64,000 nt of DNA from Candidatus Omnitrophota bacterium. GTDB taxonomy: Bacteria; Omnitrophota; Gorgyraeia; Duberdicusellales; 4484-171. The notes beneath the pieces are model-generated. The model was given only the letters and a program-made list of their open reading frames with translations. It did no database searches and was not told the origin of the DNA. The stretch lies in NCBI GenBank assembly GCA_020352775.1, contig CP070684.1, positions 968,653 to 1,032,652 of the forward strand, written 5' to 3'. The position numbers were made by a program, and so were the translations under genes. This document shows positions 16,066-25,050 of the stretch, piece after piece. The first letter of the stretch is position 1; the number at the start of each line of letters is the position of its first letter.

Positions 16066-17655
16066 ATGAAAGAGTTTCTCTTTGACGCGGTAGTTTTTGA
16101 TCTCGACGGAGTGGTTACTACCACCGCCGCAGTACATGCAAAAGCATGGAAAGAGGCCTTTGATGAATATCTGCGCCTGCGGGAAAAAAGGGATAAAGAG
16201 CCATTTCGTGAGTTTACGCACCAAGAAGATTATTTACCCTTTGTTGACGGTAAGCCACGCTATGAAGGTGTGAAGAGTTTTCTTGAATCTCGTAATATTA
16301 ACATTCCTTTTGGAGACCCTGATGATGGCCCAGATAAAGAAACGATTTGTGGAATCGGAAACAAAAAGAATGCAAGATTTAATCAGATTTTAGATCAGGA
16401 AGGCGCTCAAGTTTATTCTTCCACTATTGAATTAATAAAAGAACTGAAAAAGAAAGGTGTCAGTGTTGGGGTTGCTTCATCTTCGAAGAATTGTTTAAGA
16501 ATTTTACAGTCCGCAGGTATTGAGGATTTATTTCAGAGTCGAGTAGATGGGGTTGTTTCTGTTGAATTGGGCCTGAAAGGAAAGCCAGAGGGAGATATTT
16601 TTGTAAAAGCCGCTTTTAATATGGGTGCAGCTGCTTCTAAGTCAATAGTGGTTGAGGATGCAACTTCAGGGGTGCAAGCAGGCAGAAATGGAGGATTTGG
16701 TCTGGTGTTAGGAATTGCCAGAAAAAACAATGAGACAGAGCTTTTGGAAAACGGAGCAGATGTGGTAGTGAGTGACTTATCTGAAATAAATATAGATTGG
16801 TTAGCGCAGTGGTTCCATAGGAAACCACGGGATTTATTTAACGCCTGGGATAAGGAACAAGTGGTTAGCAAAAACCCTCCCATTGTTAATCCCTTTTACG
16901 GTCGTAGTTCAAAACAAGCTTTTTTTTCGGATAAAAAGCTCGTTTTATTTCTTGATTACGATGGTACCTTAACTCCTATTGTTGATCGACCAGATTTAGC
17001 GGTGTTATCAGAAGATATGCGTGCCGTAGTAAAAAGTGTTTCCCAAAAACATACTACTGCGATTGTGAGCGGCAGAATGAGAGAAGATGTCGAAAACCTC
17101 GTAGGCATTAAGGGTCTTTTTTATGCCGGAAGCCACGGTTTCGATATTGTGGGACCGGGGTTTTCAATGGTACAGCCTCAAGCCCAAAAACTAATTCCGC
17201 TCATCTCCAAAGTAATAGAATATTTTAAGAAAGAATTAGGCAATATTTCTGGATTATTGGTTGAGGAAAAAAAATTCAGTGTGGCGGTGCATTATCGTCT
17301 TGTAGATGAAGAAAAATATTTAGCTGGGATTAAGAAGTGTGTTGAAGAGGCAGTTGCAAAGCACGATTCTCTTCGTCTTATGCACGGAAAGAAGGTTTTT
17401 GAAATCTTGCCTGCCATTGACTGGGATAAGGGTAAAGCAATTCGATGGATTATGCAGGCTTTGAATATTAATTGGGCTGATTTTTCTGTGGTTTATATCG
17501 GAGATGACACTACTGATGAGGACGCATTCAGAATGATTCGTACACGCGGAGCAGGTGTTTTAGTGGCAAAGGATCCTAAAGAATCTATGGCTGATTTTCA
17601 GTTGTCCTCTCCCCAGGAAGTAAAGAAGCTGTTTGAGAAAATCTTGGCATCTTAA
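16066..17655 (+). CDS. Fusion of a beta-phosphoglucomutase-type HAD hydrolase and trehalose-6-phosphate phosphatase
   Basis: The N-terminal FDLDGVVT...VEDATSGVQAG is beta-PGM-like. The C-terminal FLDYDGTLTPIV...YIGDDTTDEDAF is OtsB/T6PP-like. Confidence 0.8.
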   Translation: MKEFLFDAVVFDLDGVVTTTAAVHAKAWKEAFDEYLRLREKRDKEPFREFTHQEDYLPFVDGKPRYEGVKSFLESRNINIPFGDPDDGPDKETICGIGNKKNARFNQILDQEGAQVYSSTIELIKELKKKGVSVGVASSSKNCLRILQSAGIEDLFQSRVDGVVSVELGLKGKPEGDIFVKAAFNMGAAASKSIVVEDATSGVQAGRNGGFGLVLGIARKNNETELLENGADVVVSDLSEINIDWLAQWFHRKPRDLFNAWDKEQVVSKNPPIVNPFYGRSSKQAFFSDKKLVLFLDYDGTLTPIVDRPDLAVLSEDMRAVVKSVSQKHTTAIVSGRMREDVENLVGIKGLFYAGSHGFDIVGPGFSMVQPQAQKLIPLISKVIEYFKKELGNISGLLVEEKKFSVAVHYRLVDEEKYLAGIKKCVEEAVAKHDSLRLMHGKKVFEILPAIDWDKGKAIRWIMQALNINWADFSVVYIGDDTTDEDAFRMIRTRGAGVLVAKDPKESMADFQLSSPQEVKKLFEKILAS

Positions 17656-17658
17656 AAA

Positions 17659-20091
17659 ATGAAAAGAATACACGCTGCATCACCCTGGAAAATTTTATAT
17701 GAAAAGTTTGACCCTCATGAAGAAGGGTTACGCGAAGCCCTTTGTACTTTAGGAAACGGCTATTTTGGAACAAGGGGGGCTGCCTACGAATCGGTCGCTT
17801 CAAAAATCCATTACCCCGGAACTTATATCGCCAGCCTCTACAACCGCCTAGCTACTACTATTGCCGGAAAGACAATAATTAATGAAGATTTCGTCAATTG
17901 TCCCAACTGGTTATTTTTGACATTTAAAATAGGCGATGGCGAATGGGTTATTCTTTCTCCTACCCGTATTCTTTCTTACCGTCAGGAGCTGGATATGCAC
18001 AAGGGCGTACTCACCAGAAAAATACGGCTTAAAAACAAAAAGGGGCAGAGAACATTAATTGAATCCAGCCGAATCGTGAGCATGGCAGATCCTCACTGTG
18101 CAGCATTCGAATACATTATTACTCCTGAAAATTATAGTGAATGGATTACAGTAAGGACCATGCTCGATGGCACAGTGCTAAATACCGGGGTAGAGCGATA
18201 TCGCCAGCTTAATTCCAAGCACTGGAAACCCTCTTCTTTAGGGGGGTTGGGCAGAAACGGAGTACATCTGTCCATGAAAACTACTCAGTCAAAGATTGAG
18301 ACGAGCCTGGCAGCGCGGGTACGTCTTTTTGTGGCCGACCGTGAAAAGAGATTTGAAACCAGGCACTTAATGAAAGGGAAGGAAAGAATCGGACAGGAAT
18401 TCAGGTTTTTTGCCCGGCAAGGGCACTCCTATTCCATTGAAAAAACCGTATCGATTTATACCTCAAAAGATAAAAACGTAAAAAATCCTACCACTGCGGC
18501 AATAGAGCATGTAAAAAGACCACAGCGCTTTAAAGCATTGCTCAAGAGCCATCAGCAGGCATGGGAGAGTCTGTGGGAAAAGCACGATATTAAAATCGAG
18601 GGGCACAATTTTTCTCAACGTACACTTCGCCTTCATATATTTCATCTTCTGCAGACCGCCTCTATTCATAATGTTGGAATCGATGCCGGGATTCCAGCAC
18701 GGGGATTGCATGGAGAAGCTTACCGGGGGCATATTTTCTGGGATGAGATGTTTGCGATGCCGCTTTATTGTCTGCATGCACCGCAGATTTCTAAAGCATT
18801 GCTTTTGTACCGTTATCGCAGACTCCCCAAAGCGCGTGAATACGCTAATAAAAAAGGTTACTGCGGAGCAATGTTTCCCTGGCAGAGCGGTTCTTCGGGA
18901 AGAGAGGAGACTCAGGTGATTCACCTAAACCCTCTTTCAGGAAAGTGGGGTCCGGACCACAGTTCTTTGCAGCGTCATGTCTCATTTGCCATTGTCTATA
19001 ATGTGTGGCGATTTTGGAAAAGGACGAATGATTTTAATTTCCTTATTCGTTACGGCGCAGAAATAATCCTTTCTATTGCGCAATTTTGTTCTTCATTAAC
19101 AAAATATGACCCTAAAGATGGGCGTTTTCATACCAAAGGGGTGATGGGACCGGATGAGTTTCATGAGAAATTGCCAAACTCTTCTAAGCCGGGCTTAAAA
19201 GATAATACTTACATTAATCTTATGGTGGCCTGGACTTTGCTTAAAGCTAAAGAAATTATTGATATTATTCCTCACGCTCGCAAAGAACGGATTTTAAATC
19301 GATTGAGAATTAGCCATAAAGAATTAGGGCGCTGGGAAGAAATTACACGGAAGATGAGGGTGATTATTAACGATAAGGGGATTATGAGTCAATTTGAGGG
19401 GTATTTCAATTTAAAGGAGTTAGATTGGGAGGGGTATCTGGAGGAGTATGGAAATATCGAACGTATGGATAGAATTTTGAAGGCAGAAGGAAAATATCCC
19501 GATGAATATAAGGTTTCTAAACAGGCCGATGCTCTTATGGTTTTTTATCTTCTTGAACTGCAGGAGATAAAGGAATTGTTTCACCGGCTTGGTTACCATT
19601 TCGATAAGAAGATGTTAAGAAAAAATTATGAGTACCATATAAAGCGCACTTCTCATGGCTCTACCCTGAGTAAAGTGGTGCATTGTTATATTGCGCATTT
19701 GTTAAACAGGCCTCAGGAGGCATGGAAATGGCTTTTTGAAGTTCTTAAGTCTGACTTATATGATACTCAAGGTGGGACTACCCCTGAAGGCATTCATGTG
19801 GGAGTGATGGGTGGATCAGTTGATATCGTGATACGAGGAGTTGCCGGGATTTCATTTTTGGATGATCGTTTAAAAATTGATCCCATGCTTCCCAAGAGAT
19901 GGAAGAGAATTAAATTTAAGTTTCTCTATAAAGGGAGGTGGATTTCGATGTCATTGACTAAGAATCAGGTGAGTATTCATATTGAAGGAACGAAAGGGCA
20001 GGCATTTGGGCTCCCCATAGAAATCAACGAGAAACTTCATTATCTGCTTTTGGACAAAAGATATAATATTTCTTTAAAAAATAAGGGCTAA
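17659..20091 (+). CDS. Glycoside hydrolase family 65 protein (trehalose/maltose/kojibiose phosphorylase type)
   Basis: This 810-aa ORF starts 4 nt after the upstream gene. LGNGYFGTRG and HIFWDEMF are motifs characteristic of GH65 phosphorylases. Confidence 0.85.
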   Translation: MKRIHAASPWKILYEKFDPHEEGLREALCTLGNGYFGTRGAAYESVASKIHYPGTYIASLYNRLATTIAGKTIINEDFVNCPNWLFLTFKIGDGEWVILSPTRILSYRQELDMHKGVLTRKIRLKNKKGQRTLIESSRIVSMADPHCAAFEYIITPENYSEWITVRTMLDGTVLNTGVERYRQLNSKHWKPSSLGGLGRNGVHLSMKTTQSKIETSLAARVRLFVADREKRFETRHLMKGKERIGQEFRFFARQGHSYSIEKTVSIYTSKDKNVKNPTTAAIEHVKRPQRFKALLKSHQQAWESLWEKHDIKIEGHNFSQRTLRLHIFHLLQTASIHNVGIDAGIPARGLHGEAYRGHIFWDEMFAMPLYCLHAPQISKALLLYRYRRLPKAREYANKKGYCGAMFPWQSGSSGREETQVIHLNPLSGKWGPDHSSLQRHVSFAIVYNVWRFWKRTNDFNFLIRYGAEIILSIAQFCSSLTKYDPKDGRFHTKGVMGPDEFHEKLPNSSKPGLKDNTYINLMVAWTLLKAKEIIDIIPHARKERILNRLRISHKELGRWEEITRKMRVIINDKGIMSQFEGYFNLKELDWEGYLEEYGNIERMDRILKAEGKYPDEYKVSKQADALMVFYLLELQEIKELFHRLGYHFDKKMLRKNYEYHIKRTSHGSTLSKVVHCYIAHLLNRPQEAWKWLFEVLKSDLYDTQGGTTPEGIHVGVMGGSVDIVIRGVAGISFLDDRLKIDPMLPKRWKRIKFKFLYKGRWISMSLTKNQVSIHIEGTKGQAFGLPIEINEKLHYLLLDKRYNISLKNKG

Positions 20092-20118
20092 TTTTTTTAA
20101 TCTAAAAAGGAGGGAAAA

Positions 20119-20280
20119 ATGTTTGATTTAAGTAAATTAGGAGATATTTCTAAACTGGCAGGCCAGGCAAAAGAGTTGCAGCAAATGCAAGAACGAGTCC
20201 AGCGCGAGCAAATAGACTTATTAAAGAAGATAACAGGTCAGCTGGATGAAGTGATCTCTTTGTTGAAGAAAGACGGTTGA
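20119..20280 (+). CDS. 53-aa coiled-coil protein (not in the ORF track)
   Basis: The SD AAGGAGGG lies 5 nt upstream of the ATG. The sequence begins MFDLSKLGDISKLAGQAKELQQMQERVQ.... The N-terminus weakly recalls YbaB/EbfC, but the protein is only half that length. Confidence 0.45.
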   Translation: MFDLSKLGDISKLAGQAKELQQMQERVQREQIDLLKKITGQLDEVISLLKKDG

Positions 20281-20289
20281 ACAAACCTC

Positions 20290-20317
20290 TTGCTTAACTA
20301 AACTTGTATGCTATAAT
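20290..20317 (+). promoter_or_regulatory. Sigma70-like promoter for tRNA-Phe
   Basis: TTGCTT (20290-20295), a 16-nt spacer, then TATAAT (20312-20317). Confidence 0.5.
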
Positions 20318-20354
20318 TCTCTACTTGTTTAATGATATTTTGTTTTTTAAAGAT

Positions 20355-20427
20355 GCCGAGGTAGCTCAGGCGGTAGAGCGAGGGACTGAAAATCCCTGCG
20401 TCAGGGGTTCGACTCCCTTCCTCGGCA
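20355..20427 (+). tRNA. tRNA-Phe(GAA), CCA not encoded
   Basis: - Acceptor stem: GCCGAGG pairs with CCTCGGC.
- D arm: GCTCAGGCGGTAGAGC.
- Anticodon arm: GGGAC-TGAAAA-TCCC, with loop CUGAAAA.
- T arm: GGGGTTCGACTCCCT. Confidence 0.92.
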
Positions 20428-20472
20428 TTTTTGTTTTATGCCAGCCTTTAACTTTAAATCGATACATAACAC

Positions 20473-21102
20473 ATGAAAGTTCTTGTTACAGCCGGTGCTA
20501 CCTGGGTAAAAGTTGATGATGTGCGCATTCTTACCAATAAATTTACCGGTAAGACTGGCTTATATGTTGCTCAGCAATTAAAAGAAAGAGGCCATTCAGT
20601 CACTCTTCTTATAAATGACCACTGTATTGAAAAGATAAAGGGATTAAAAGTTATCTCCTACCGTTATTTTGACGATTTTAAAAGCGTTCTTATGCGCAAT
20701 TTAGCAAAAAACCGCTATGATGCGATTATTCATATGGCAGCAGTGAGTGATTATAAAGTAAAGAACGTCAAAAAAGGTAAAATTCCATCCTATCAAAAGA
20801 AGCTTGCATTACAGTTGGTCCCTACAGAGAAATTAGTTAAGATAATAAGAAGATTATGCAGACAAGCTTTACTTATCCAGTTTAAGTTAGAAGTCAAGCG
20901 CAAAGGACTTATTGAAGATGCCTACCAAAACCTTAAGGAAAACAACAGTGACTTTGTAGTAGCTAATGCCCTTAAGGATTTAGTTTCCGGTTATAAAGGT
21001 TTTATTGTCAGCAGGGAAAAACACGTTATCCCTGTTAATTCCAAAGTATCTTTAGCCAATAATCTTTGTAAGCTCATTACCCTTCTTTCCGGTTCAAAAT
21101 AG
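20473..21102 (+). CDS. coaB: Phosphopantothenate-cysteine ligase (stand-alone CoaB)
   Basis: VLVTAGATWVKVDDVRILTNKFTGKTG and HMAAVSDY match CoaB-domain motifs. Confidence 0.75.
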   Translation: MKVLVTAGATWVKVDDVRILTNKFTGKTGLYVAQQLKERGHSVTLLINDHCIEKIKGLKVISYRYFDDFKSVLMRNLAKNRYDAIIHMAAVSDYKVKNVKKGKIPSYQKKLALQLVPTEKLVKIIRRLCRQALLIQFKLEVKRKGLIEDAYQNLKENNSDFVVANALKDLVSGYKGFIVSREKHVIPVNSKVSLANNLCKLITLLSGSK

Positions 21103-21156
21103 CTTTAGAAAATAAGGTTTACAACGTAAAAATATTGCATTACAATAGGATATCCT

Positions 21157-21717
21157 ATGGCAAAAAAAGCAAAAAATAAGAATATTCTGATCGGTGTTTG
21201 CGGGGGGATTGCAGCCTATAAAACATGCGAATTGGTACGACTTTTGATAAAAAACGGATTTGCAATCAAAGTGATGATGACTGAAGCTGCGGCTAAGTTT
21301 GTGACTCCCTTAACCTTTCAAACCCTTTCTAAAAACCCTGTTTATATTGATATGTTTCAAGTTTTAAAAGAGGAAAGCACTCAGCATATAACGCTTTCAC
21401 GGTGGGCAGATCTTTGTGTTATTGCGCCACTTTCAGCAAACACTCTTTCTAAGATCGCTAGCGGTATTAGCGATAATTTGTTGACTACGGTGGTATGTGC
21501 TTTGGGCGGCAAAACAAGTGTAGTGCTTGCACCGGCAATGAATGAGAATATGTGGAAAAACCCTATTATTCAGGAAAATGTAGAGAAGCTAAAGAAGTTT
21601 AAGAAATATGTTTTCATGAATCCTCAAAAAGGTGAACTTGCCTGTGGTATCTATGGTGAAGGCAGAATGCCTGAACCAAAAGATATTTACGCTAAAATAA
21701 AAACAGCCCTTCGTTAA
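21157..21717 (+). CDS. coaC: Phosphopantothenoylcysteine decarboxylase flavoprotein (stand-alone CoaC)
   Basis: ILIGVCGGIAAYK and PAMNENMW motifs are present. It is 186 aa. Confidence 0.8.
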   Translation: MAKKAKNKNILIGVCGGIAAYKTCELVRLLIKNGFAIKVMMTEAAAKFVTPLTFQTLSKNPVYIDMFQVLKEESTQHITLSRWADLCVIAPLSANTLSKIASGISDNLLTTVVCALGGKTSVVLAPAMNENMWKNPIIQENVEKLKKFKKYVFMNPQKGELACGIYGEGRMPEPKDIYAKIKTALR

Positions 21718-21733
21718 TTTAATAACATATACT

Positions 21734-22621
21734 ATGATAACTGCTTTTCTTGTCGCCATTTTTGTAATCCTTGCCATTATTCTTATTATTCTTGTCTTTA
21801 AAATAGGTAGGAGCAAAGAAGATTTAATTTTACATCAGAAAATAGATTCTTTTTCTGGAGAGCTGGTTAAACTGTATGAAAAAATAGGAAGCTTGGGTAG
21901 AGACAGTAATGAAATCTTAAACTTAACAAAATCCTTTCATGATATTTTAAAGCCCACTAAAGCCAGAGGGGTTTTAGGCGAAAGCATTTTAGAGAATTTA
22001 TTGAAAGATGTATTGCCTGGCGAGGTAATCATTCCTCAGTATGGGTTTAGCAGCGGGAAAAAGGTAGATTTTGCTGTAAAGCTTCCCCAAGGGTTAGTGC
22101 CTATTGATGCAAAGTTTTCTATGGAAGTATTCAAAAATTATCTTGAGGCCCAAGAGCCAGACAAGGAACGACAGAAGAAAACGTGTATTGATAGTATTAA
22201 GAAGAGGATTGAAGAAACTTCCGGTTATATTTTTCCTGACGAGGGGACAACTGATTTTTCCTTTATGTATGTTCCTTCAGAGGCAGTATATTACTTCATT
22301 ATTACCCAGACTTCACTTTTGGATTATGCAAATGATAAAAAAGTATTTGTGGTGGGCCCAAACACTTTATACGCATATTTAAAGACAATTTTAGTCGGGT
22401 TTAAGGCTTTAAAGATAGAGAAGCAGGCAAAAGAAATCTATAATAATCTAAGAAGGTTAGATGGTGATATCACTACCATTTTACAGGAATATTCTATTTT
22501 AGGCACACATTTGAAAAATACTTCGGCAAAATACGATGACATCAGACGCAAGATCGAAAGAATTTCTTTAAGAATAGCTAACATCAGTAAAGATGAGACT
22601 AAGAGTCAGAGTAGTTCCTAG
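21734..22621 (+). CDS. rmuC: DNA recombination protein RmuC
   Basis: It has an N-terminal TM helix, and VDFAVKLPQGLVPIDAKF and FMYVPSE resemble the RmuC nuclease-like core. Confidence 0.75.
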   Translation: MITAFLVAIFVILAIILIILVFKIGRSKEDLILHQKIDSFSGELVKLYEKIGSLGRDSNEILNLTKSFHDILKPTKARGVLGESILENLLKDVLPGEVIIPQYGFSSGKKVDFAVKLPQGLVPIDAKFSMEVFKNYLEAQEPDKERQKKTCIDSIKKRIEETSGYIFPDEGTTDFSFMYVPSEAVYYFIITQTSLLDYANDKKVFVVGPNTLYAYLKTILVGFKALKIEKQAKEIYNNLRRLDGDITTILQEYSILGTHLKNTSAKYDDIRRKIERISLRIANISKDETKSQSSS

Positions 22622-22817
22622 AGCCAAGAAACAACGCATTGAAAAAGAAAAAGACGGATTAAAGGTTTATTTAACCGAGCCTGCCACAGAACAAAAAGCC
22701 AATAAAAAACTTATTGAAATCCTCGCCGACCATTTCCATACCAAAAAATATAATATCACTATAGTTAAGGGTAAAAAGCAGAGAGATAAGATTGTTGAAA
22801 TCAATGAATCTTGCTGA
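22593..22817 (+). CDS. DUF167 (YggU) family protein
   Basis: RVVPRAKK...EPATEQKANKKLIEILADHF...VKGKKQRDKIV is typical of YggU. Confidence 0.75.
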   Translation: MRLRVRVVPRAKKQRIEKEKDGLKVYLTEPATEQKANKKLIEILADHFHTKKYNITIVKGKKQRDKIVEINESC

Positions 22818-23460
22818 AAAAGAGCATTGCTATCTAATTGAAGATGTTTTTCCTCGTAATACAGGCGCGGGCTTTACGAAAAAAGATTTAGAAGGAAATC
22901 TTCCTCAGGATATAAAAACAACCCTTTCATTTTTATCAAGAGATGTAGGCATAGGATATCTAAAACAGGAACATTCCAGCCGTGTCAATGTCATTGGAAA
23001 AGAAGGGCTTTATGAAGGAGATGCTCTTTTTAGCAATAGGGGTAATCTCGTGCTTGTAGTGCGAACCGCGGATTGTTTGCCGCTTTATTTTTTTAGCCAA
23101 GATTTAGATATTATGGGTATGGTCCATATGGGTTGGCGCTCAGCAAAGGAAGGTATTTTAGATAATATTAATTATGATTTATCTTCTTTTAAGGTTATTG
23201 CAGGTGTGGGATTACGCAGCTGCTGTTATAAGGTTGGCAGAGAGTTTTTAAAGATGCGCTTATCAAAATATGTGATTAAGCGTAATGAACTGTTATATTT
23301 TGACCCTATTAGATTCGTGAAAGAAACACTATGCAGAAAAGGGCTTAAGGAAGAGAGTTTTTTTGATTTAAATATTTGTAGTTTTTGTCGCTCTAGAGAA
23401 TTTCATTCGTATCGCAGGAACGCTACTATCCAGCGAACTCTTTCATTTATTTTTCAATAA
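22792..23460 (+). CDS. pgeF: Peptidoglycan editing factor PgeF (YfiH / DUF152)
   Basis: KQEHSSRV, RTADCLPL, HMGWRS and CCYKVG motifs are present. Confidence 0.8.
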   Translation: MLKSMNLAEKEHCYLIEDVFPRNTGAGFTKKDLEGNLPQDIKTTLSFLSRDVGIGYLKQEHSSRVNVIGKEGLYEGDALFSNRGNLVLVVRTADCLPLYFFSQDLDIMGMVHMGWRSAKEGILDNINYDLSSFKVIAGVGLRSCCYKVGREFLKMRLSKYVIKRNELLYFDPIRFVKETLCRKGLKEESFFDLNICSFCRSREFHSYRRNATIQRTLSFIFQ

Positions 23461-23535
23461 ATAATAGATTAATACATATAATTTATCCTTACATTCGTAA
23501 GATTATATGGTATAATCTTTTACTTCCAACGCAGA

Positions 23536-24669
23536 ATGGACTGTAAAATGGAATTAAAACAGACCTCTCTTTATCAAAAACATATCCAACATAAAGGAAG
23601 AATAGTTGATTTTAGCGGGTGGGCTTTGCCTGTTGAATATTCCAGCACTTTAGCTGAAGCCAAAGCTGTACGAGAGAGATGCGGAATATTTGATGCTTCC
23701 CATATGGGTGAAATCGCAATAAAGGGTAAAAATGCTTTAGCTTTCTTACAATACCTTACGCCCAACGATATCTCCCTTATTCAAAAAGGGCAGATGCAAT
23801 ACAATCTTTTACTTAACCCTGAAGGCGGAGTCATTGATGATTTAATGGTTTATCATTTGGGAGATAGTTTTATATGTGTAGCAAACGCCTCAAACAAAGA
23901 TAAGGTTTTAGCTTGGCTTAACAAAAATAAAAAGGAAGGTGTTAAGATAGAAGATCAAAGCGATAAAACCGCCCTTATTGCGGTGCAAGGTCCCCAGGCA
24001 GCTGCTGTTGTAAGCAAAGTAGTTGGCGAAGCCATGAATTTAGATTATATGCATTTTGTAAAAGCCACTTTTAAAGGAAAAGAAGCGATTATATCACGAA
24101 GCGGTTATACCGGCACAGATGGTTTTGAGATCTATCCCTCTTGGGATGATGCTTGTCTTTGGTGGGATGCTTTTATGTCTGCCGGCAAGGGCCTTGGATT
24201 GGTGCCTTGTGGATTAGGGGCAAGGGATGTTTTACGCATAGAAGTAGGTTATCCTTTGTATGGCCATGAGATAAATGATACGACCAATCCTTATCAGGCT
24301 TCTTTAGCATGGGTGGTCAAACCTCAAAAAGATTTTATCGCTAAAGATAAACTCATGATTATAAAAAAAGAAGGGCCTGCACAAAAAAGAGTGGGGTTTA
24401 TCATGCAGCAACGTGGTGTACCCCGCCAGGACTATCCAATATACGCCAAGACTAAAAAAATAGGTCGGGTGACGAGCGGCACTTTTTCACCCAATGCCAA
24501 TCAATTTATCGGTATGGCTTATGTTGATAGAGATTACACAGCGGCTGGCACTGAAATTGAGATAGAAATAAGAGATAGATTATACAAAGCAAAAGTGGCA
24601 AAATGGCCTTTTGTAGAAATCGGAACAAAGGGCCATAATCACAATGCTTTTATTAAAAAGGAGGCGTGA
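23536..24669 (+). CDS. gcvT: Glycine cleavage system aminomethyltransferase T protein
   Basis: FSGWALPVEY, FDASHMGE and SRSGYTGTDGFEI motifs are present. The start may be the ATG at 23548. Confidence 0.92.
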   Translation: MDCKMELKQTSLYQKHIQHKGRIVDFSGWALPVEYSSTLAEAKAVRERCGIFDASHMGEIAIKGKNALAFLQYLTPNDISLIQKGQMQYNLLLNPEGGVIDDLMVYHLGDSFICVANASNKDKVLAWLNKNKKEGVKIEDQSDKTALIAVQGPQAAAVVSKVVGEAMNLDYMHFVKATFKGKEAIISRSGYTGTDGFEIYPSWDDACLWWDAFMSAGKGLGLVPCGLGARDVLRIEVGYPLYGHEINDTTNPYQASLAWVVKPQKDFIAKDKLMIIKKEGPAQKRVGFIMQQRGVPRQDYPIYAKTKKIGRVTSGTFSPNANQFIGMAYVDRDYTAAGTEIEIEIRDRLYKAKVAKWPFVEIGTKGHNHNAFIKKEA

Positions 24670-25049
24670 TGGGAGAGTTGAGATTCGCTAAATCGCATGA
24701 ATGGGCAAGGGTGGACAATGACATAATCACAGTAGGCATTACAGATTATGCCCAGAAAGAATTAGGCGATATTGTATTTGTGGAATTGCCCAAAGTAGGA
24801 GATAGTGTGCAGCGGGGTTCTGCTTTTGGTACCATCGAATCAACAAAAACCGCTAGTGAGTTGTATGCTCCGGTGAGCGGTAAAGTAGCAGAGGTAAATA
24901 GCGAGTTAACCAGTAATCCCCAGTGGGTGAACGAAGATCCTTTGGGTCGGGGTTGGATGATAGCAATTAAGGCGAATGACAGCAGTGAATTGGGTAGCCT
25001 CATGGATGAGCCGGCGTATGAACAGTTTATAGAGAAAGAATCCCACTAA
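24666..25049 (+). CDS. gcvH: Glycine cleavage system H protein
   Basis: HEWARV...GITDYAQ and the lipoyl-lysine context ESTKTASELYAPVSG are present. Confidence 0.92.
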   Translation: MMGELRFAKSHEWARVDNDIITVGITDYAQKELGDIVFVELPKVGDSVQRGSAFGTIESTKTASELYAPVSGKVAEVNSELTSNPQWVNEDPLGRGWMIAIKANDSSELGSLMDEPAYEQFIEKESH

Positions 25050-25050
25050 T

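Noticed and set aside
20304-20516. A 70-aa ORF spanning tRNA-Phe.
   Set aside because: It reads straight through a well-folded tRNA-Phe gene and its promoter, so it is not a coding region.
23461-23535. A possible glycine riboswitch upstream of the gcvT operon.
   Set aside because: Only about 75 nt of very AT-rich sequence is available. It is largely taken up by a promoter-like GGTATAAT and has none of the GGAGAG...CACCG-type conserved segments. It is too short for even a single aptamer.
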